A DNA stretch of 57,212 nucleotides from Patescibacteria group bacterium. Lineage in GTDB: Bacteria > Patescibacteriota > Microgenomatia > UBA8517. Numbering within the stretch: the first letter of the stretch is position 1; each line of letters begins with the position of its first letter. This document shows positions 33,977 through 42,105 of the stretch, one piece after another. The notes under the pieces are model-generated. The model saw nothing but the letters and a program-made list of their open reading frames with translations. It was not told the origin of the DNA and ran no database searches. Location of the stretch: contig JBBTWD010000004.1 of the NCBI GenBank assembly GCA_038062915.1, forward strand, positions 1 to 57,212, given 5' to 3'. The translations under genes and the position numbers were made by a program.

Positions 33977-34810
33977 ATGCGTAAAGAAGTTGTCTGGGCG
34001 ATAATTGCCGGGGTTCTTTTTGGTCTAGTCATTGCCTTTGGCGTGGTTAGAGTAAATTCAACTCTAAAACCGAGTGGCCAAAAGCAAGAAGCTTCAGCCG
34101 TCCCTCAATCGATAATCAACGAATTTAAAATTACACTTTCCAAACCAGAAAATGAAGATGTTATTACCCAAGACTTTGTCCTAATTTCTGGGATTACAAG
34201 TCCAAAGGTCCAAGTGATCATTTCAGCTGAAGATGCCGACTACATTGTTCTGACAGACCAAAAAGGCCTTTTCGAGAAAGAAATCAAGCTTATTTCTGGC
34301 CTAAATCAAATTAAAATTACCGCCGTTGACCCCACTGGAAGCCAAAGTGTTGAAAAAGTATTGGTTGTTTATTCATCCGCATTTGAGGAAAAAGAAGGAG
34401 ATAGACTTGAAAAAGCCGCAAATAAACCCAAAGCCTACCTAGGCATTGTAACTGATATTACTGATTCGACTATTCAAATTAAAACAACTTCCGGAGAAAT
34501 CAGACAAATATCGATTACAAGTGACGTTACTTTTGTTAAAATTGAACCCGCGATTGGAGATTTTATAGTTGCCATGGGGTATCGAAATGGAAACCAAGTA
34601 TTAAATGCCCAGAGAATTCTTATTACCCCAGCACCGGTTGAACCAAAAATCACAGTAACAATGGGCAAAGGAGCCGACACAATTCCGGTAAAAACTACAA
34701 AAATTTATCCTAAAAAATCAGATCTAACTGACGAAAGCCAAGTAATTTATGTAACTGTCGAGGTTAAAGATAAACCCACCCCCCGCACAATCTTTGTGAT
34801 ACAATCTTAA
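33977..34810 (+). CDS. Membrane-anchored hypothetical protein with beta-rich ectodomain
   Basis: N-terminal helix VVWAIIAGVLFGLVIAFGVV follows the ATG at 33977 (the ORF-track start at 33941 is a TTG). Confidence 0.5.
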   Translation: MRKEVVWAIIAGVLFGLVIAFGVVRVNSTLKPSGQKQEASAVPQSIINEFKITLSKPENEDVITQDFVLISGITSPKVQVIISAEDADYIVLTDQKGLFEKEIKLISGLNQIKITAVDPTGSQSVEKVLVVYSSAFEEKEGDRLEKAANKPKAYLGIVTDITDSTIQIKTTSGEIRQISITSDVTFVKIEPAIGDFIVAMGYRNGNQVLNAQRILITPAPVEPKITVTMGKGADTIPVKTTKIYPKKSDLTDESQVIYVTVEVKDKPTPRTIFVIQS

Positions 34811-34812
34811 GA

Positions 34813-35040
34813 ATGAAGATTAAAAACTTCGCAGTCATATTAAAATCAGAGCCAGAGGGCGGCTATACGGCCATTGTTCCCTCTCTACCGGGCTGTGTAA
34901 CTTATGGTGATACGGTAGAAAAAGCTAAAGTAATGGCAAAAGACGCCATAAAAGCTTATTTAGCTTCAATCAAGAAACACGAGGGAAAAGTTCCTGATGA
35001 GAACGAAGTATTTTTAACTTCGGTATTTGCAAATGCCTAA
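34813..35040 (+). CDS. hicB: HicB-family antitoxin
   Basis: EPEGGYTAIVPSLPGCVTYGDTVEKAKVMAKDAIKAYL is the HicB/UPF0150 fold signature. Confidence 0.8.
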   Translation: MKIKNFAVILKSEPEGGYTAIVPSLPGCVTYGDTVEKAKVMAKDAIKAYLASIKKHEGKVPDENEVFLTSVFANA

Positions 35041-35248
35041 AATACCAGCAATTAAGCCCCGTGAACTTATTAAGCAGTTAAAAAGAATGGGTTTTGTCAA
35101 AGATCACCAAACCGGTAGCCATGTTGTAATGTATCACCCCAAAACCCAGAGACGGGCTGTAATTGCTTATCACTCAAAAATTATCAAGAAGGGAACTTTA
35201 AATTCCTTACTAAAAGAAGCCGGAGTCTCGAGAAACGAAATTTCTTGA
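35027..35248 (+). CDS. hicA: HicA-family mRNA-interferase toxin
   Basis: PRELIKQLKRMGFVKDHQTGSHVVMYHP is the HicA signature. 14-nt overlap with hicB. Confidence 0.8.
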   Translation: MQMPKIPAIKPRELIKQLKRMGFVKDHQTGSHVVMYHPKTQRRAVIAYHSKIIKKGTLNSLLKEAGVSRNEIS

Positions 35249-35272
35249 CAAGACAAATTTTCCTGATATACT
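35245..35272 (+). promoter_or_regulatory. Sigma70-like promoter of the T-box leader
   Basis: TTGACA (35245-35250), a 16-nt spacer, then TATACT (35267-35272). Confidence 0.5.
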
Positions 35273-35279
35273 GCCTCTT

Positions 35280-35529
35280 AGTTAAATAAATCCGTTTTAC
35301 CGAAGTCACGATTCGGGAGGAGCTAGCCAAAATGCTAGACGCAAGTCAAAGCGTAAAAATAAGACAACCATTGTCACCGCAAAGTAGAGATGGGCAAAGA
35401 GCTTTGAGAAGTAATATCTCGAAGAATAAAGGATGGGACCGCGGGAGGTCCTTTTTTTATGCAAATAAAAGAAGACCCTCGTTCCTTATTAAAGATTAAT
35501 TTCTTTGGTGATGTGAACGAGGGTTTTTT
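35280..35529 (+). promoter_or_regulatory. T-box riboswitch leader (predicted tRNA-His specificity)
   Basis: T-box sequence AAUAAAGGAUGGGACCGCG at 35425-35443. Antiterminator A1 35429-35433/35483-35487, 7-nt bulge UGGGACC, and A2 35441-35450/35474-35482. A competing terminator and a Stem III hairpin (35402-35424) are present. CAC sits in a 7-nt hairpin loop at 35307-35309. Confidence 0.65.
35471..35529 (+). terminator. Intrinsic terminator of the T-box leader
   Basis: 9-bp core stem CCCTCGTTC (35476-35484) / GAACGAGGG (35515-35523), extended by A/U pairs and followed by T6 (35524-29). It ends 11 nt before the ATG at 35541. Confidence 0.6.
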
Positions 35530-35540
35530 ATTGGAAAAAT

Positions 35541-36104
35541 ATGTTAAACAAAAATATAAACTACAAATTAGTTGATACGGCCGGACAAATTACAGCCGTG
35601 GTTTTTGATGCCCTAAAAAGTAACAGGTATACACCAGTTTCAAACTATCTAATGAATTTGGATAGTAGAATTGAGCAGGTTGTATTTATTGAAAAGAAAC
35701 AAATCCGAACAATGGGTAATGAACTATGTATCAACGGATCACTTGCCGGTGCGTACTTATTAAAACAGGCTAAATTAAAAATTTCAGGAATAGATAAATC
35801 AATCGTATACATAATTTCTAATAACAACAAATTCGCAAACAAAAGATACTTAGATAAATTGGCCACTAAATATTCTGTTCCAGCTTCGGGGATTATTTTT
35901 TTCAACAGAAATGAAATAAAACCATTAGTGTATGTTAAAGATACTGACTCTCTGGTTTGGGAAAATGCCTGTGGATCAGGAAGTTTGGCTTATTTTATAT
36001 TTTCAGGGGTTAAAAAAATTAAGCAACCATCAAGTAAATTGATCATTATGAGTAAAAATAAAAAATATTTCACTATCAAAGTGGGTGTAAAAATCGTAAT
36101 ATAG
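35541..36104 (+). CDS. Small DapF-fold (PLP-independent racemase/epimerase-like) protein
   Basis: Two Cys-containing blocks in DapF-like positions: RTMGNELCINGSLAGAY and WENACGSGSLAY. The N-terminal VDTAGQITAVVF is like the GN-x-T/F block. At 187 aa it is shorter than DapF. Confidence 0.45.
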   Translation: MLNKNINYKLVDTAGQITAVVFDALKSNRYTPVSNYLMNLDSRIEQVVFIEKKQIRTMGNELCINGSLAGAYLLKQAKLKISGIDKSIVYIISNNNKFANKRYLDKLATKYSVPASGIIFFNRNEIKPLVYVKDTDSLVWENACGSGSLAYFIFSGVKKIKQPSSKLIIMSKNKKYFTIKVGVKIVI

Positions 36105-36108
36105 ATAT

Positions 36109-37350
36109 ATGTCAAATAATAAATTACAAACATTAAAAGGGTTTAGAGACTTTTTACCTCAAAAGATGACTATCAGAAATGAAGTCATCAAGCGTTTACG
36201 TGGAGTGTTTGAAAAGTATGGTTTTGAGGAACTTCAAACTCCATCTCTCGAATATCAAGAAGTACTTTTGGGTAAATATGGTGAAGAAGCTGAAAAACTT
36301 ATGTATCTCTTTAAAGATCAAGGTGGACGCGATGTCGGAATGAAGTATGATCTGACAGTCCCCTTAGCCCGCGTTGCCTCAAGTTATCCAGAACTTCCCA
36401 TACCATTCAAAAGATATCAGATTCAACCAGTTTGGAGAGCCGAAAATACACAAAAAGGGAGATATAGAGAGTTCTATCAATGCGACGTAGATACAATCGG
36501 CTCATCATCCCCAATGGTGGACGCCGAGATAATCGCTGTTGTAGACGAATCACTTAGAGTACTAGGATTTACTAATTACAAAATAAAAGTAAACAGTAGA
36601 GACGTCCTTTTTGCCATTATGGAAAAGGCAAGCATTCCTAAAAATAATTGGCTAAAAGCAATTCAATCCATTGATAAATTAGATAAAAAATCCCAAGATG
36701 AAGTGAAAAAAGAATTAATCGATAAAAAGTTTTCAGCCCGAGAGGTAAAAAATCTTTTTGAGTTTTTAAAATCAGCCAAACCAGACGATTTTCTTCAAAA
36801 AACAATTGATTTAGCAAAAAAGTTGGGGGTAACCAAAAACTTAGTTTTCGACTCCAACCTTGCAAGAGGTCTAGATTATTATACTGGACCGATTTTCGAA
36901 TCAGTTGTAAACGAACCAAAAATTGGATCTATTACAGGGGGTGGTCGATATGACAATCTGTTAAAAACATTAGGTGCCCCCGACCTTCCCGCTACAGGTA
37001 CAACAATTGGACTGGATAGGGTTTGTGATGTAATAGAAGAATTAAATCTCTGGCCAAACTTAAGTTCAACATCGGTAAAAACTTTAGTAACAATTTTTTC
37101 ACCCGAAACATTTTCTCAATCAGTTGAATTGGCAAAAATTCTACGCGAAGTAAATATTAATACTGAACTTTATCCTGAAGATTCAGCAAAATTGGAAAAA
37201 CAACTGAAATATGCGGATAAAAAGGGAATTCCCTATGTCATAATTTTAGGCCCAGAGGAATTAAAAAATAAAAAAATACAATTAAAAAACTTAAAAACAA
37301 ATGGCCAAATCGAAACCACAATTGAAAACGCAATATCGTTAATAAAATGA
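36109..37350 (+). CDS. hisS: Histidine--tRNA ligase
   Basis: LKGFRDFLP, motif 2 YQIQPVWRAENTQKGRYREFYQCDVD, GGGRYDNL and a C-terminal anticodon-binding domain. Confidence 0.9.
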   Translation: MSNNKLQTLKGFRDFLPQKMTIRNEVIKRLRGVFEKYGFEELQTPSLEYQEVLLGKYGEEAEKLMYLFKDQGGRDVGMKYDLTVPLARVASSYPELPIPFKRYQIQPVWRAENTQKGRYREFYQCDVDTIGSSSPMVDAEIIAVVDESLRVLGFTNYKIKVNSRDVLFAIMEKASIPKNNWLKAIQSIDKLDKKSQDEVKKELIDKKFSAREVKNLFEFLKSAKPDDFLQKTIDLAKKLGVTKNLVFDSNLARGLDYYTGPIFESVVNEPKIGSITGGGRYDNLLKTLGAPDLPATGTTIGLDRVCDVIEELNLWPNLSSTSVKTLVTIFSPETFSQSVELAKILREVNINTELYPEDSAKLEKQLKYADKKGIPYVIILGPEELKNKKIQLKNLKTNGQIETTIENAISLIK

Positions 37351-38243
37351 CACCTGCCAGAGTCAAGGCTTACATCCTAATTCTTATAGTAACTGTTATT
37401 TGGGGAGTAGCCTCCCCCGTCATTAAATACACACTGGGCGGGTTTGATCCCCTTACCTTTTTAATTTACCGTTTTGGAATTTCCATGATCGTTTCTGTAA
37501 TAATTTTTTTGATAGTTGGAATTAAGCTACCTAAAAACATAGGTACTCTTGCACTTTTAGTTGTCTATGGGCTTTTGGCATCATCCATTTCCTTAGGGCT
37601 ACTATTTTTTGGTCTTAAAAATACTACAGTTCTTGACTCGACTCTCATTACCCTATCTGATCCACTTTTAATTTCTATTGCCGGAGTTTATTTTTTACGA
37701 GAAAGGATCACAAAAAGAGAAGTGTTGGGAATTTCAATTGCCATAATAGGAACCATATTAACAATAGTTGAGCCATTAATTCAAAATGGCAATGGCAATC
37801 TACGGCTTTCTGGTAATCTGTTGATAGTTGGATACGCAGTTGTGACTGCTGGCACGGCGGTTATTGCTAAATTACTACTTAAAAAAGGTGTTGATCCGAT
37901 GACCATGACCGGTTTGTCATTTATATTAGGCTTTATTTCCCTTTTACCCTTTTGGCTTCCCACTGCCCACAGTTCACTGTTCACCGTCCACAGTTCCTAT
38001 CATCTTGGAGTCGTCTATATGGCCCTCCTATCTGGAAGTCTCGCATACTATCTTGCCAACAAGGCTCAAAAAACTATAGAGATTGGGGAACAAGCTATAT
38101 TTGGCTATATGTACCCTATTTTTGCGGCTCCTCTGGCTGTAGTTTGGTTGGGTGAAAAAATTACGCCAATGTTTATTATCGGTGCTGTTATTATTACGCT
38201 TGGGGTAGTCATTGCCGAGATCAAGAAAAAACGCTATAATTAG
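37347..38243 (+). CDS. EamA/DMT-family transporter
   Basis: Ten predicted hydrophobic helices in two EamA-like halves. Confidence 0.8.
   Translation: MTPARVKAYILILIVTVIWGVASPVIKYTLGGFDPLTFLIYRFGISMIVSVIIFLIVGIKLPKNIGTLALLVVYGLLASSISLGLLFFGLKNTTVLDSTLITLSDPLLISIAGVYFLRERITKREVLGISIAIIGTILTIVEPLIQNGNGNLRLSGNLLIVGYAVVTAGTAVIAKLLLKKGVDPMTMTGLSFILGFISLLPFWLPTAHSSLFTVHSSYHLGVVYMALLSGSLAYYLANKAQKTIEIGEQAIFGYMYPIFAAPLAVVWLGEKITPMFIIGAVIITLGVVIAEIKKKRYN
37959..37993. repeat. Heptanucleotide tandem repeat (about 5 units, YCACNGT family) inside the EamA gene
   Basis: cccactg cccacag ttcactg ttcaccg tccacag. It encodes PTAHSSLFTVHS. Confidence 0.8.
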
Positions 38244-38248
38244 GCCTT

Positions 38249-38557
38249 ATGAAAGCAACTATACATCCGACTTGGTACAAATCAGCTAAAGTTACTTGTG
38301 CCTGTGGGAACACATTTGAAGTTGGTGCATCTTTTCCTGAACTTAAAGTCGAGGTTTGCTATAATTGTCATCCTTTTTATACTGGACAAATGAAGTTCCT
38401 AGACACCGCGGGTCGCGTTGATGCCTTTAAGGCAAAACAGGCCGGGGCCACTAAACATGTAAGCAAAACCGAAAAAAGAAAACTTAAAAAAGATAGAAAA
38501 CTCAAAGAAGAAATGTCACGTCCAGACACACTTGCACAGCTCCGAGAGCAAGTGTAA
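38249..38557 (+). CDS. rpmE: 50S ribosomal protein L31 with basic C-terminal extension
   Basis: MKATIHPTWY...CACGNTF...CYNCHPFYTGQ is the L31 signature. About 35 extra Lys/Arg-rich residues follow. Confidence 0.85.
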   Translation: MKATIHPTWYKSAKVTCACGNTFEVGASFPELKVEVCYNCHPFYTGQMKFLDTAGRVDAFKAKQAGATKHVSKTEKRKLKKDRKLKEEMSRPDTLAQLREQV

Positions 38558-38566
38558 TTTTCAATT

Positions 38567-39265
38567 ATGGAAATACAGACACTTTACTTAGAAATTCGTG
38601 GGGCTACGGGTGGTGACGAAGCTAAACTCTGGGGAGCAGATTTACTCCGAATGTATGAGCGATATGCAACTAAAAAGGGATGGAAATCGATACAAATATC
38701 TGATTTAACTATTAGGATTTCGGGCATGGGAGTTTTAGATGTCCTTAAAAACGAATCCGGAGTCCATAGGGTTCAAAGAGTTCCGACAACCGAAAAACGT
38801 GGTCGAATTCACACTTCAACGGCGACAGTTGTAGTACTACCAGAGATTAAGGCAACCGAAATTCAAATTAATCCTCAAGACCTCGATTGGCAATTTACAA
38901 CTAGTGGGGGGCACGGCGGACAAAATGTAAATAAAGTAGCGACTGCGGTAAGACTTGTACATAGACCGACAGGAATAGCGGTAGAAGCCAGAGAAGAGCG
39001 TTTCCAACAGCAAAACCGAGAGATTGCACTGGACCTCCTTCGTTCTAGGCTTTGGGAGAAAGAGGAAGAAGAAAAAGTTAGAACAGTGGCGGGATATAGA
39101 TCAGTAATAGGTCGAGGCACCCGATCCGAAAAAATAAGAACTTATAACTTCCCCCAAGACCGCGTCACAGATCACAGGCTTGGTAAATCGTGGGGTAAAT
39201 TGGAATTAATAGTTAATGGAGATTTAGATAAAGTAGTTGAGTTAACCAAAACCCTTCAAAATTGA
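38567..39265 (+). CDS. Class I peptide chain release factor, RF1-type, lacking N-terminal domain 1
   Basis: Starts at LEIRGATGGDEA (the beginning of domain 2). It has RVPTTEKRGRIHTS (PxT-type recognition loop) and GGHGGQNVNKV (GGQ). It is 232 aa, compared with ~360 for E. coli RF1. Confidence 0.8.
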   Translation: MEIQTLYLEIRGATGGDEAKLWGADLLRMYERYATKKGWKSIQISDLTIRISGMGVLDVLKNESGVHRVQRVPTTEKRGRIHTSTATVVVLPEIKATEIQINPQDLDWQFTTSGGHGGQNVNKVATAVRLVHRPTGIAVEAREERFQQQNREIALDLLRSRLWEKEEEEKVRTVAGYRSVIGRGTRSEKIRTYNFPQDRVTDHRLGKSWGKLELIVNGDLDKVVELTKTLQN

Positions 39266-39303
39266 TCTTCTTGACAAAAAGATGTATATTACAAACTACA
39301 AAT

Positions 39304-39498
39304 ATGGATATTGAGACACAAAAACCAGAAGATGTATTAAAAGCAGAGAGAGAGGCTTTAGAGAATAAAATGGCACTGGCTACCGACACTGGGCGTCCCC
39401 AGGTTGCGGAAGTGGATGGGAAAAAAGTGGTAATCATAGATCGTAGACATGCAGGAAGACAAATTATTGCTTTTGAAGAGATAGGGTCCGTAATCTAA
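39304..39498 (+). CDS. Hypothetical small protein
   Basis: Intact ORF from the ATG at 39304 (the ORF-track start at 39262 is upstream). No motif recognised. Confidence 0.3.
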   Translation: MDIETQKPEDVLKAEREALENKMALATDTGRPQVAEVDGKKVVIIDRRHAGRQIIAFEEIGSVI

Positions 39499-39878
39499 AT
39501 CCAAAGATGTCGTTCTAGTTTGATATTTTTATATCTTTTTAAATCTAATAAATCTTTATCTCCAGTAATTATCCATTTACATTTTCCCTCAACAGCCGCT
39601 TCTAATACCCTATTATCGTCTACATCTCTACAGATATTAATTTCATTAGTTGGATAAACTAAAATAAAATTATCTTTAATTTGCGATTTAATTAACAACA
39701 AATCAGTGTTTTTTATACTAAATTTCTTTATTAATGTATCCAGTAGTTCTGTTGTTAATATATCTGAAATAACCGCCTTTATGTCTTTTCGAATAACCTT
39801 AAACAAAATTGTACGAGGGTTGCCACCAAACAAAAAGGAAGAAATCAAAATATTCGTATCAAGAACTATTGAAATAAT
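39495..39878 (-). CDS. PIN-domain protein (orphan toxin-like); 5' end uncertain
   Basis: C-terminal RDVDDNRVLEAAVEGKCKWIITGDKDLL is typical of PIN toxins. The conserved first acidic block IVLDTNIL lies in frame upstream of the track's TTG start (39848), and no ATG/GTG/TTG precedes it. Confidence 0.65.
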   Translation of the reverse strand: MISIVLDTNILISSFLFGGNPRTILFKVIRKDIKAVISDILTTELLDTLIKKFSIKNTDLLLIKSQIKDNFILVYPTNEINICRDVDDNRVLEAAVEGKCKWIITGDKDLLDLKRYKNIKLERHLWI

Positions 39879-41104
39879 TTAAGTGCTTCCTCAAGTTGTT
39901 CATCTGTTTCCGTTTTCTCATCACCATCTACTTTTACATCTGGTTCAAGACCTTTTTCATTTACCCATATACTATTGGGGGTCAGCCACCTAGCCGTTGT
40001 TATATGAATTCCACTCCCTCCATTTATTTCAATTGGTTCCTGTATAGTTCCTTTACCAAAAGTTTTAACCCCAACAAGTTTAATGCCTTTTTGATCTCTC
40101 AAAGCCCCAGCTAAAATCTCACTTGCAGAGGCACTTCCATCGTTAACCAAAACTACAACTTTATATTTCATGAGTCTGCCCAACCTTTCGACCTTAAATT
40201 CATTCCTAGTTCCATCGCTTCTTTCCTCGACAACAACCGTTTTTCCTATCTCAATAAAATCACTTGCTAAATCAACCGATGCCTGTAAATATCCACCTGG
40301 ATTATTTCTCAAATCAATGACAATCCCGCATTTGACATTTGTCATTTGACATTTGTCATTTATCTCCTTAACTGCCTTATTCCATTCATCAGATGTTTCT
40401 GCCGCGAATTTATTAACTTTGAGAATTGCCACATTGTCTTCAAATTTAAGTACAACCGATGGAATATCTAGTTTAGCCCTGGTTATTTCAACTATAATTG
40501 GTTCCTCACTTCCTTCTCTAGCCAGGGTGAGAGTCACTTTAGTACCAGTTTTTCCGCGAATTGCGGCAACCGCATCAGGCAACCCAATTCCAGAAGTTCC
40601 GGTATCGATTTCTTTTGCCTCATCTTTTATGTGAATAATATAATCCCCGGCCTTAACCCCGGCTTTTTCGGCAGGAGAGTCAGCAAGTGGAGCAATGACA
40701 ACAAGGCGGGCCACCTTAAAACCAATTTGTATCCCAACTCCTTCAAAACTTCCGTTTAAGTCCTCACGAACTATTTTGTTTTCACTCGGCTTTAAAAATA
40801 CCGTGTATGGATCCCCAAGTGCCGCAACCATTCCCTGAATCGCCCCGTATACCATTTCGGAAGGAACCAATTTAGTTTTATCAAAATATTTGACCCCAAG
40901 AGTATCCCAAACTCTCCAGAAAAGCGAAAAGTCTGCATTCTTATCTGGGGGGGTCGTTCTGTCAATTTTTACCTTGAGCGCTTTTTCAACCGAAACTTTA
41001 TATCCATTAACCCCAAACCAATATCCTCCAGAGAATATAACCGCAAAAAGGGAAACTCCCAGGATAACTTTTCTAATTTTAACTAGATTAAACTTGAGGG
41101 ACAT
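39866..41104 (-). CDS. S41 carboxy-terminal processing protease with PDZ domain
   Basis: N-terminal membrane anchor, a PDZ domain (GVKAGDYIIHI) and the catalytic block NDGSASASEILAGALRD...GTKTFGKGT. Confidence 0.85.
   Translation of the reverse strand: MSLKFNLVKIRKVILGVSLFAVIFSGGYWFGVNGYKVSVEKALKVKIDRTTPPDKNADFSLFWRVWDTLGVKYFDKTKLVPSEMVYGAIQGMVAALGDPYTVFLKPSENKIVREDLNGSFEGVGIQIGFKVARLVVIAPLADSPAEKAGVKAGDYIIHIKDEAKEIDTGTSGIGLPDAVAAIRGKTGTKVTLTLAREGSEEPIIVEITRAKLDIPSVVLKFEDNVAILKVNKFAAETSDEWNKAVKEINDKCQMTNVKCGIVIDLRNNPGGYLQASVDLASDFIEIGKTVVVEERSDGTRNEFKVERLGRLMKYKVVVLVNDGSASASEILAGALRDQKGIKLVGVKTFGKGTIQEPIEINGGSGIHITTARWLTPNSIWVNEKGLEPDVKVDGDEKTETDEQLEEALKLFQ
40328..40362. repeat. Heptanucleotide tandem repeat (5 units, NCATTTG) inside the protease gene
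   Basis: gcatttg acatttg tcatttg acatttg tcattta. It encodes DKCQMTNVKCG on the minus strand. Confidence 0.85.
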
Positions 41105-41342
41105 AGGGCAAGAGTGCTAAATGACGGGCTCTTTTAACTGCAACGGCCAATCTTCTTTGATGTTTAGCACAAACCCCGGTTCTATCTCGATTCATAATTT
41201 TGGCCCTATCATTCATAAATTTAAGAAGAATGTCTGACTCTTTATAATCTGGATCCGTTTTAGCTTTGCAAAAAGGACAACCAGTGGTTACTATCGGTTC
41301 TTCAAATCTTTTAAATCTTCGTTTTTTATCTTTTTTTGCCAT
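41088..41342 (-). CDS. rpsR: 30S ribosomal protein S18
   Basis: CPFCK...DYKESDILLKFMNDRAKI...TGVCAKHQRRLAVAVKRARHLALLPY. Confidence 0.9.
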   Translation of the reverse strand: MAKKDKKRRFKRFEEPIVTTGCPFCKAKTDPDYKESDILLKFMNDRAKIMNRDRTGVCAKHQRRLAVAVKRARHLALLPYVPQV

Positions 41343-41345
41343 AGG

Positions 41346-41816
41346 TTAGAATGGGATATCCTCACTGTCAGAAGTATCTTCCAGAGTTATTTTCTTTTTT
41401 TCCTTTTTAACTGGAACTTCGGCGACTGGAGCATCAACTATTGCCTCATCTGGAATATTAATTTCTGTATTTGGAACATCGTCTTTTTTATCTAAAATTA
41501 TCATATCGCTTAAGACCACTTCGGTGGTTGATCTTTGAGTTCCATCCTGGGCTTGCCAACTTCTAGTTTGAAGACGGCCTTCTACATAAATTTTTCTACC
41601 TTTTTTAAGAAGCTGTGCACAAATTTCAGCCAACTTGCTCCAAGCTACTAAACGGTGGAAATCTGCCTCATCCTTTTTTTCACCCGATTCAGTAGTCCAC
41701 TGTCTATTAGTTGCAAGTCCTAAGGTACAGACTGCAGTTCCCTGTGGAGTGTATTTCAATTCCGGATCGCGAGTTAAATTTCCAATTAGTTGCACTTTGT
41801 TTAGGCTTTTTGCCAT
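41346..41816 (-). CDS. ssb: Single-stranded DNA-binding protein
   Basis: LNKVQLIGNLTRDPELKYTPQGTAV OB fold and an acidic C-terminal tip DSEDIPF. Confidence 0.9.
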   Translation of the reverse strand: MAKSLNKVQLIGNLTRDPELKYTPQGTAVCTLGLATNRQWTTESGEKKDEADFHRLVAWSKLAEICAQLLKKGRKIYVEGRLQTRSWQAQDGTQRSTTEVVLSDMIILDKKDDVPNTEINIPDEAIVDAPVAEVPVKKEKKKITLEDTSDSEDIPF

Positions 41817-41817
41817 A

Positions 41818-42105
41818 TTAGTCTTTTCGTATTAACAAGTATCTCAAAACATCCCCATCTACTCTCAACTTTTCATTTAGAGTCTTTGTGCCCACCCCAT
41901 CCAATTCTAATTCAAAATAAAGATAAAGGCCAGAACTTAACTTTTGAATTTTGTATGCCAAGTCTTTGACCCCCCAATCGGTAGACACGGCAATTTTACC
42001 CTTAAAAACCTTCATCAAGCTTTCAAGTGTTTCTGTAATCTTTTTCTTTTTTGCACTCCTCGCCTTCCCATCCAAAACCACCGTCAATTCGTATTTATTT
42101 GTCAT
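41818..42105 (-). CDS. rpsF: 30S ribosomal protein S6
   Basis: YELTVVLD...DWGVKDLAYKI, in the classic rpsF-ssb-rpsR order. Confidence 0.85.
   Translation of the reverse strand: MTNKYELTVVLDGKARSAKKKKITETLESLMKVFKGKIAVSTDWGVKDLAYKIQKLSSGLYLYFELELDGVGTKTLNEKLRVDGDVLRYLLIRKD

Noticed and set aside
35332-35458. A stand-alone small RNA or 58-codon ORF (MLDASQSVKIRQ...) ending at a GGACC-GCGGGA-GGTCC hairpin plus T7.
   Set aside because: The ORF reads through the hairpin and has no protein-like features. The hairpin and T-run fit better as the apical part of helix A2 of the T-box antiterminator, with the T-run pairing with the A-rich 35467-35473 segment.
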